From a virus: 55,215 bases of DNA. A model generated the notes under the pieces. The model searched no databases and had not been told where the DNA came from. It was given only the letters and a program-made list of their open reading frames with translations. The stretch covers positions 1 to 55,215 of IMG/VR virus record IMGVR_UViG_3300002098_000007; one strand, 5' to 3'. Both the position numbers and the translations under genes were made by a program. How positions within the stretch are numbered: the stretch's first letter is position 1; each line of letters starts with the position of its first letter. Positions 46,172 to 52,389 of the stretch are shown one piece after another.

Positions 46172-46749
46172 TGCTCGAACTCCCAGAAGACCTGCACCAG
46201 CGAAGGATGCGGGTCGGTGTAATTGATCACGCGTACATCAAACCCCCCGGCAGCTTTCAGGTTACGGTAGCAGTTCACCACGCTTTTGAACTTGTCTACT
46301 AGGTTCACAGGGTCAAAAGGTTTAGCGTTACCCGCAGCGGCCCGGCGGCCTTTTACGCGCTCGATGCACAACTCCTCAGGGGTGTTCAAAAACGCGTACA
46401 CATCGCACCCCGTGGGGTGAATAGACTGCGTAACCGCACCCGCGAGCCCCGAGGCTGAGACAAGGGCGCCCTCGAACAAAACATGCCCCCGGGCGTGCGC
46501 CTTGTGTATACGCTCGGCAATCTCGTCCTGAGTCTTGATTGAATCCGTCCCACCGCAGACGTTGTCGTATTTGCCGACTATAAAGATCGGCTGCTGTACG
46601 AGCGCCGCGCTCGCGTCACACTTGTAACCCATGATTTTACCCGCCGAGTTGCGCAGTTCGGTAGTGGGGTATCGAGTCATGAACTCGCGCACCGCGGTGG
46701 TCTTACCCGAACCGAACGTACCGCGAACTGAGAGTATGGCTCGCCTCAT
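46168..46749 (-). CDS. P-loop kinase; candidate 5-hmdU DNA kinase
   Basis: 193 aa. Walker A RGTFGSGKTT. Small size and ATGA coupling on both sides fit the call. Confidence 0.55.
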   Translation of the reverse strand: MRRAILSVRGTFGSGKTTAVREFMTRYPTTELRNSAGKIMGYKCDASAALVQQPIFIVGKYDNVCGGTDSIKTQDEIAERIHKAHARGHVLFEGALVSASGLAGAVTQSIHPTGCDVYAFLNTPEELCIERVKGRRAAAGNAKPFDPVNLVDKFKSVVNCYRNLKAAGGFDVRVINYTDPHPSLVQVFWEFEQ

Positions 46750-46925
46750 TTCTCACCCCCGAACGCCAAGTGCAGCAACAAATACCACATCGCTAAATGT
46801 GCGGCGTCAGATCTGCCCGTTTTATTGAACACTTCCGCGTAGTGTTTGTGCCAACCGTAGTTGTCGCTGCCGAGGGGTAAATTGCTCAGCCGCTTAAGCG
46901 CATGCTGCCGTTGCTTGGGTGTCAT
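46746..46925 (-). CDS. Small hypothetical protein (59 aa)
   Basis: Not in the ORF track. It reads MTPKQRQHALKRLSNLPLGSDNYGWHKHYAEVFNKTGRSDAAHLAMWYLLLHLAFGGEK. Its stop overlaps the kinase ATG (ATGA), and it starts 3 nt after the upstream stop. Confidence 0.45.
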   Translation of the reverse strand: MTPKQRQHALKRLSNLPLGSDNYGWHKHYAEVFNKTGRSDAAHLAMWYLLLHLAFGGEK

Positions 46926-46928
46926 TTG

Positions 46929-47954
46929 TTATTCCTTTACGTTATAGCGCTCGGGCCGGTACTCACCAAGCCTGATGAGCGAACCCGTCGCGGGGAAAAT
47001 TTTAGCCTTTTCCGCAACGCTGCGGTATTTATTTTCGCACTCAGCGCGGAGCCAGTTTGGCAGCCTATCGGAGCGTATGTCTTTGAATACTTCGGTATAT
47101 TCCTGCAGGTTGCGTTCATCTGCCCATAGGATCCGCTCCCAGGCCATATCAGCGTAAACCCCAGGGTAACGACGACCGAAGAAGTGATTCTTAAACGTGC
47201 ACAAGTTGCTCTCAAGTGTGAATAGAGAGGCGCCGGTCAGCTCGGGGTGTTGAGACTTGAACAGATCGAGCCAAATGTCCGCCCCCGCGGCTAAGAAGGC
47301 ACACATCGGTTTGAAGTTATTGTATTCACCGGTCTGCCCGTTAGGTAGCCGCTTGTCCCACACGAGATCATCTTTACCGAGCAGGAACAGCATTCCGTTA
47401 CGGTGCGACTTGCTGCCCGACTTGTCCTCAAACAACAGACTGTCACAGTCCGCGCCGAACCCCTTCAGGTAGACATACTCCAAGTAGCTGAATGAGGACA
47501 ACCGTCCGAATGAGTAGTAATTCCCGCGCACCAGCGTCCAGAGCTGTGAGTACGTTTTACCGCTCAGCATTCCCTCCTGAGAGCCATGACTATCAACCAG
47601 TTCAGCGTATCTCTTTATAGCTATTACGGTTTCTTTTTTCTGATACCTGCGGTCTGTATCGAATTGCAATGTGTCCCATTCGCTGTTGAACCACTCTTCA
47701 AACTTGCTGAGTGTTGAGCCCGCGGGCGGACACTCGGGCAGGCGTTCAAACAGCCTGAGAGAGGTGATAGGGTTCTGCGTCATGCCGTTGAGGAACGCGA
47801 ACCATAACTTCTGCTCAGCGCCCCACCCGTTACGCTGCGCCAGCTCGGGCATGTACAAGTATACCAGGCCGGGCATAATCCGGTGCTCTAGGTTCATAGC
47901 GTACAAATCCGTAAAGAACTGATTTCGGTTTTCCGGCAGTCGGTAGTCAATCAT
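46929..47954 (-). CDS. Candidate second DNA-hypermodification transferase (aGPT-Pplase clade-2 / amino-acid:DNA-transferase-like), 341 aa
   Basis: A large helical protein with no motif I can place in a housekeeping family. Its position inside the kinase/ThyA/PLP cluster supports the call, but the family assignment rests on context and memory only. Confidence 0.35.
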   Translation of the reverse strand: MIDYRLPENRNQFFTDLYAMNLEHRIMPGLVYLYMPELAQRNGWGAEQKLWFAFLNGMTQNPITSLRLFERLPECPPAGSTLSKFEEWFNSEWDTLQFDTDRRYQKKETVIAIKRYAELVDSHGSQEGMLSGKTYSQLWTLVRGNYYSFGRLSSFSYLEYVYLKGFGADCDSLLFEDKSGSKSHRNGMLFLLGKDDLVWDKRLPNGQTGEYNNFKPMCAFLAAGADIWLDLFKSQHPELTGASLFTLESNLCTFKNHFFGRRYPGVYADMAWERILWADERNLQEYTEVFKDIRSDRLPNWLRAECENKYRSVAEKAKIFPATGSLIRLGEYRPERYNVKE

Positions 47955-48084
47955 TCAAACTCTCCATTATTCCAAGCGCGGCAATGTACATAAAAAGCAA
48001 CCCGACTAAAGCCACAACCCCCACCCCAAGCAGTGCGCAAAGGACAAAGACGTTAGCAACGTCTTCAAATATAACAATATTCAT
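47947..48084 (-). CDS. Small membrane protein (45 aa)
   Basis: Not in the ORF track. It reads MNIVIFEDVANVFVLCALLGVGVVALVGLLFMYIAALGIMESLND and overlaps the downstream start by 8 nt. Confidence 0.4.
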   Translation of the reverse strand: MNIVIFEDVANVFVLCALLGVGVVALVGLLFMYIAALGIMESLND

Positions 48085-48086
48085 AC

Positions 48087-48299
48087 TCACCACCTTACGT
48101 CAGATTCAAGTCTGCGATCAACCGCGAACCCGAGCGCTAAGCCGAAAACCACGGTAAAGTAACGCGCCGACCATGCCCAATCTACCGGATTACGCGACCA
48201 TTCCACAAATGCACCTAAGGCGTAAGCAAACGCTAAGGTGCTGGCAAAGGGCATAAACCAGTACAATACGTGCCCCAGGTCGGTTGCGAGTTTTTTCAT
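48087..48299 (-). CDS. Membrane protein (70 aa, two predicted TM segments)
   Basis: ATG 48299 follows GGAGA and overlaps the upstream stop (ATGA). It reads MKKLATDLGHVLYWFMPFASTLAFAYALGAFV...YFTVVFGLALGFAV. Confidence 0.5.
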   Translation of the reverse strand: MKKLATDLGHVLYWFMPFASTLAFAYALGAFVEWSRNPVDWAWSARYFTVVFGLALGFAVDRRLESDVRW

Positions 48300-48484
48300 T
48301 TCGCTTCTCCAGTTATGTTGTGATAGACCTCCACCCAGCGTACGATTTGTTCTAGGCTCTGCCATGGGCCGTAGTTCTTCTGTATAACCTGCGCGGGCAT
48401 GGGCTCAATAATTTTGGCGTCAACAATCACGCCCTCGTGGTCTCGAATCAAAGTTACCGCCTGCGCGGTTGAGGCGTTGCTCAT
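48296..48484 (-). CDS. Hypothetical protein
   Basis: 62 aa, ATGA-coupled to the PLP-enzyme gene. Confidence 0.5.
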   Translation of the reverse strand: MSNASTAQAVTLIRDHEGVIVDAKIIEPMPAQVIQKNYGPWQSLEQIVRWVEVYHNITGEAK

Positions 48485-49440
48485 ACGGGCTCCTTGTGCG
48501 TGTAGAAAGGTTCAATCACTTTAGGGTTAGGGGTCGAGCCTACAATCCAGAACCCGGCTTTGTCATCAAAATTGAGCTCATTATTTTGTCTCAAATAACG
48601 CCAAATTTTTGCCTCGTACGTGGGATGAAAATGAATACCGTCATGGCTCTCCCCTTTGAACTTGTCGCTGTACGCGCTAAACTTCATGTCGTGCAGGCTG
48701 ACATGAGACCAGTGGAAAGGGAGATGATCAATATTAACCCCCATAATCGCCATTCTCTCACGCACCCACTTGCGCTTGTCGGGGCCGATTCCGTAGGTCA
48801 TCAGAAAGTCTACATTTTTAGGGTCTCGGCTCAGGCCGAGCAGGATGCTGCAAAGCGAGTTACACGAGCCCGCGGGCGCTATCAACGTGCGGAGCTCGAG
48901 CGGCAGGTTGCGCACCTGATTGGCACCGACCTCATGAAACTTGAGCACATCCTCCGCGGGGTAGCGGTCATGCGGAACGGTGATGCCGTACTCAACCACT
49001 AGCGAGGCGGGCTTAGTCAGGTCGGCCACGCGGCGTTGAATGATCGGGTTGTACGGCCCATTTACATACTCAAAGTGCGCGCCGAACCCCGCTGCAATAC
49101 GTGGGTTCTCGTGCGTGAGCAGGGTGTGTGGCCTGCTGTAGACCACCTGCCGAGCGATGAGCCCATAGTGTGCTCCTACAATCGCGGACATGCTCAGCTG
49201 CGGGCTCTGCACACTTGCTCCGGTGAGTATGTGAGTCTTCTGCGCTCTGTATCTATTAATGTACCAGATGAGCTGGCGCATCTTGCTGCCGTTGGGGCCG
49301 CCATAGCCTAGCGGCGCAAAGTAATCCTCACGTTTGAACCAGAGCCCCTGGTGATTCTCCCACGGGGTGAACTCGCCCAGGCTCTTCTCCCAATGAACCT
49401 GAGCGCGATCAAGCGTGTGAACAGGAAAAATGCTGCTCAT
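48481..49440 (-). CDS. Fold-type II PLP-dependent enzyme (ACC deaminase / D-cysteine desulfhydrase / Trp-synthase-beta-like)
   Basis: WFKREDYFAPLGYGGPNGSKMRQLIWYI matches the KRED...GGNKxRKL lysine motif region. ATG 49440 follows GGAG. The longer ORF-track start (49596) would overlap the upstream gene by 80 nt. Confidence 0.65.
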   Translation of the reverse strand: MSSIFPVHTLDRAQVHWEKSLGEFTPWENHQGLWFKREDYFAPLGYGGPNGSKMRQLIWYINRYRAQKTHILTGASVQSPQLSMSAIVGAHYGLIARQVVYSRPHTLLTHENPRIAAGFGAHFEYVNGPYNPIIQRRVADLTKPASLVVEYGITVPHDRYPAEDVLKFHEVGANQVRNLPLELRTLIAPAGSCNSLCSILLGLSRDPKNVDFLMTYGIGPDKRKWVRERMAIMGVNIDHLPFHWSHVSLHDMKFSAYSDKFKGESHDGIHFHPTYEAKIWRYLRQNNELNFDDKAGFWIVGSTPNPKVIEPFYTHKEPV

Positions 49441-49516
49441 TTCAAATACTCCAGTATTCCCGTAATAGTGTCTACCACTGAACAAATGGTCATTAGGATG
49501 ATCATTCCTCTGATTT

Positions 49517-49738
49517 TCATGTGTGCTTCTCCCAAAGTTTTTCAAAACACGGTTTGCAACAATCAAATGTGCCATATTCACCACCTGAGCCATCAATAGA
49601 CATAATTGTTGTCACGTTTTCACAAATTTCGCATGTGTATGTACCAATTTCAATACCTACACTTCGACCATAAACAGGTTTTTCAGAATCAAACACTGAT
49701 TTTCTTGTAGCCATCCACGTTTTCCATAATTCAGACAT
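49517..49738 (-). CDS. Zinc-ribbon-like small protein
   Basis: 73 aa with CEIC...CCKPC. Confidence 0.5.
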   Translation of the reverse strand: MSELWKTWMATRKSVFDSEKPVYGRSVGIEIGTYTCEICENVTTIMSIDGSGGEYGTFDCCKPCFEKLWEKHT

Positions 49739-50009
49739 TGTTCTTCTCCAATAAGCTCTTTACCATTAGATAAACGTCATTCCTTGCGGCGTTGTCGACC
49801 TCCAGCTTGTCAAACCCTGCGTAGCGCATCTCGTTCTCGCAGCGTTGCAGCAGCTCATACATCTCGCGCAAACAGTCTGCAGCCTTTCCATGCAAGGGCC
49901 ACTGCATGGTCTTTTCCAACATAGCTGCAAGGCTTAGAGGCTTTGGTAGTTTTCCAACACGCATCAGTTCTGCGGTGTCTTCTTCGGCGCTGTAGTTTTC
50001 TTCAATCAT
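49731..50009 (-). CDS. Hypothetical protein
   Basis: 92-aa ORF. Its start follows the conserved AAGGAGTAA junction. Confidence 0.55.
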   Translation of the reverse strand: MIEENYSAEEDTAELMRVGKLPKPLSLAAMLEKTMQWPLHGKAADCLREMYELLQRCENEMRYAGFDKLEVDNAARNDVYLMVKSLLEKNNV

Positions 50010-50012
50010 GTT

Positions 50013-50591
50013 TTACTCCTTAATGCCGTGGGCGGCTTTGTACCCTGCATAAATAGGCGTTCTGCCTTCTGGCACTTCTTCGCCATATCCGTTGAAGATG
50101 TAAATGTTGTTGATGGCAAGGTCAGCGTGACCAATCAATTCCAATCGCTCATCGGTCAGCGGCTTGCGCTGTGGTGGGGTGGTGTACAAACCAACGTCAC
50201 CTTCTTCGGGTTCAAGCCCAAGGTTTACACGCCAATCTTTTGCGCCCGCATACGCATTGCTTCGCATTACCAAAAGTTCTTTGGGGCTAATCCACGCCAC
50301 GGGTTCCTGATCTGGCTCTTTGTGCAACAACTCAAACAACTCTGCAACCTGCTCGTTTGTATAAACACCAACATGTGAATCAGGAAACTTAACCCATTGT
50401 CGGTCTGTTCCTGAAATATGAATAACGCAATATTCCTCTGTCTCAAGGCATATCAACCTGTCGCCACGGCGATACTTGCGCTGTGCCAACAAATCAGCCG
50501 CCGCTTTTAATGCTTCGCTATCCCTCGGCAATGTGACTGTTGGATACTTCGCCATTTCGCGCAATGCTTTAATAATTTCTTCTGTGTTCAT
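50013..50591 (-). CDS. Accessory protein, EPVAW/LYTTPPQRKPLT/AAHGIKE paralogue family
   Basis: 192 aa. It contains DQEPVAW, LYTTPPQRKPLT and the C-terminal AAHGIKE. Confidence 0.6.
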   Translation of the reverse strand: MNTEEIIKALREMAKYPTVTLPRDSEALKAAADLLAQRKYRRGDRLICLETEEYCVIHISGTDRQWVKFPDSHVGVYTNEQVAELFELLHKEPDQEPVAWISPKELLVMRSNAYAGAKDWRVNLGLEPEEGDVGLYTTPPQRKPLTDERLELIGHADLAINNIYIFNGYGEEVPEGRTPIYAGYKAAHGIKE

Positions 50592-50594
50592 GTC

Positions 50595-50825
50595 TTACTC
50601 CTTTATGCCTTGGGCGGCTTCTCGCAGCCCTTGAAATTTAAGTTGACTGAGAGCTTCGCAGCGTTCGCAACGATGGCGCAGCGCGATTGACCCCGCGTTG
50701 TACAGATCGTTGTCGTTGCAGCTTGTGCGGTCATGCTCAGGCCACACGGCATCAATCTTTTCGCGGTCGGTCAAGTTGGTTAGCTCAGTGCTCCACCAAG
50801 TAACTTCTTTTTTCTTTTTACCCAT
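50595..50825 (-). CDS. Accessory protein ending in AAQGIKE
   Basis: 76 aa. It shares the family C-terminus and junction sequence. Confidence 0.55.
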   Translation of the reverse strand: MGKKKKEVTWWSTELTNLTDREKIDAVWPEHDRTSCNDNDLYNAGSIALRHRCERCEALSQLKFQGLREAAQGIKE

Positions 50826-50828
50826 TTC

Positions 50829-50933
50829 TTACTCCTTTATGCCGTGTGCGGCTTCGCTGGCAAAAATTTGCCAACAACGTTTGCAGATAATCCAATCACG
50901 CATTGCGGGTCTGCCGCAGTGTTCGCATTTCAT
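50829..50933 (-). CDS. Mini zinc-ribbon protein (34 aa) ending in AAHGIKE
   Basis: Not in the ORF track. It reads MKCEHCGRPAMRDWIICKRCWQIFASEAAHGIKE. Its ATG overlaps the upstream stop (ATGA), and it has the same C-terminal junction cassette. Confidence 0.45.
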   Translation of the reverse strand: MKCEHCGRPAMRDWIICKRCWQIFASEAAHGIKE

Positions 50934-51310
50934 GCTTCCCCCTTGATGCCGTGGGCTGCTTTTTCAATTGCTCGGTATTCCGCAAAACTGATGCTCAATG
51001 CAGCTTCTGCCAGTGCGTCTGTCTTAAATAACGGGCGTATTGCGGCATACATTTCATCTCTCGTAAGCGGCTTGCGCTGTGGTGGGGTGGTGTAGAGAGG
51101 CACAGTGTGCAATGGCCCGCCGTTTGTCCGCACCTTCATGTCAAAGTTTTGCAAGTCGTTTGGGTTAGCCCACGCCACAGGCTCTTGCTCTGGCTGTTCT
51201 GGAACCATCTTGGTGACGGTCACATCATTAGGTAGGTCATACGGCTGCTCAAATTCAAACCATCTTGCTTGTTCGTTCTCGCACATCCAGATTTCTTTTG
51301 GTAGTTTCAT
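50930..51310 (-). CDS. Accessory protein, EPVAW/LYTTPPQRKPLT paralogue
   Basis: 126 aa with EQEPVAW, LYTTPPQRKPLT and the C-terminal AAHGIKGEA. Confidence 0.6.
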   Translation of the reverse strand: MKLPKEIWMCENEQARWFEFEQPYDLPNDVTVTKMVPEQPEQEPVAWANPNDLQNFDMKVRTNGGPLHTVPLYTTPPQRKPLTRDEMYAAIRPLFKTDALAEAALSISFAEYRAIEKAAHGIKGEA

Positions 51311-51313
51311 GTC

Positions 51314-52147
51314 TTACTCCTTAATGCCGTGGGCCGCTTCGATGGCTCGGGCAAAGCAAACCAATTCAAAGTCAGGCGCGGCAATAGTCGGCCCGTTTTC
51401 TTCGCCATCTGGGTAATTGGCTTCAAGAATCTGCTCGTTCGTTAGTTGGTTACGGATTGGATTGTTGATGTAATGACTGCATCCTTCTTGATGTCCGTTG
51501 TACGTCAAACACTCACGGCAATAACTTGCCACAGGCTCCTGTTCTGGCTCTTTGGGTTGTGCCTTCACATAACCCCATGCAGTAGCAAGACGGGCTTGGG
51601 TTGATTTGCAATTTAAGTTTTGCTCTGGTTGTGGTGGGGTGGTGTAGAGCGCCTGAACTTCTTTAGCAATTGCCACAGCCAAGTCGCTGTCCATTGTCTT
51701 GTTTGCGTTTTCCTCGTAGCACCAGCCACGGGCAACAGCGCCAAGTAAACTTTCCCACGCCACAGGCTTTTGTTCTGGCTTGCCTATGCCAACGCCAGTC
51801 TGCACAAGTTTTATGCGCTCTAAATCGCCTTGTGCGTTCTCCATCAACTGATAGTCTGATGTGGCGTTGTATTGCTGTGCCCCGCAGTTGCACTCACCCT
51901 TTGGATACGCTGGCTCGTTGTGAACAGCGCAGTCGCTTGCGTGCAAAGTCACTTTGCAATTTGGGCATTGACACGGCTCTGGCTGTGCCAAGGCTTTTTC
52001 GATGGCGGTAATGGCAGGGCCGCAAGCGTTTGAAGCCTCCAGCACATGATGAAGCGGTGGGTCAATGTCCCAAGCCATAAGTTCTTCTGCCAGCGCAGAG
52101 TCACACTTCTTCAACGCCTCAAGCGCCAGCTTCAATGCTTCTTTCAT
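51314..52147 (-). CDS. Accessory protein, multi-module EPVAW/LYTTPPQ paralogue with Cys clusters
   Basis: 277 aa with EQKPVAW, LYTTPPQPEQ, EQEPVAS, CQCPNC...C..H...CNC and the C-terminal AAHGIKE. Confidence 0.6.
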   Translation of the reverse strand: MKEALKLALEALKKCDSALAEELMAWDIDPPLHHVLEASNACGPAITAIEKALAQPEPCQCPNCKVTLHASDCAVHNEPAYPKGECNCGAQQYNATSDYQLMENAQGDLERIKLVQTGVGIGKPEQKPVAWESLLGAVARGWCYEENANKTMDSDLAVAIAKEVQALYTTPPQPEQNLNCKSTQARLATAWGYVKAQPKEPEQEPVASYCRECLTYNGHQEGCSHYINNPIRNQLTNEQILEANYPDGEENGPTIAAPDFELVCFARAIEAAHGIKE

Positions 52148-52389
52148 GCTTCACCTCTTGCTCGGATTGCTTTAGCTGCGGCAGTTCCATAAATCCTCAC
52201 GCCTGTTGGAATATGCGTATCGCAAACCGTCTTTTGAGCAAGAATTGCACACGCCTCACGCTCGGCCTCTGCTACCAGTTTGGCAAAGCGGCTCAAATCA
52301 TGTTTGTCACATTGAAAAAATAAACCATTTGTTGAGTTGTTGATTCCAGCTTGTCTAGCCATTTCAATGATTTCTGTTTGTGTTGTCAT
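52144..52389 (-). CDS. Accessory protein, MARQAG...EREACA...IRARGxA family, copy 1
   Basis: 81 aa. It reads EIIEMARQAG...FAKLVAEAEREACA...AIRARGEA. Confidence 0.6.
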   Translation of the reverse strand: MTTQTEIIEMARQAGINNSTNGLFFQCDKHDLSRFAKLVAEAEREACAILAQKTVCDTHIPTGVRIYGTAAAKAIRARGEA

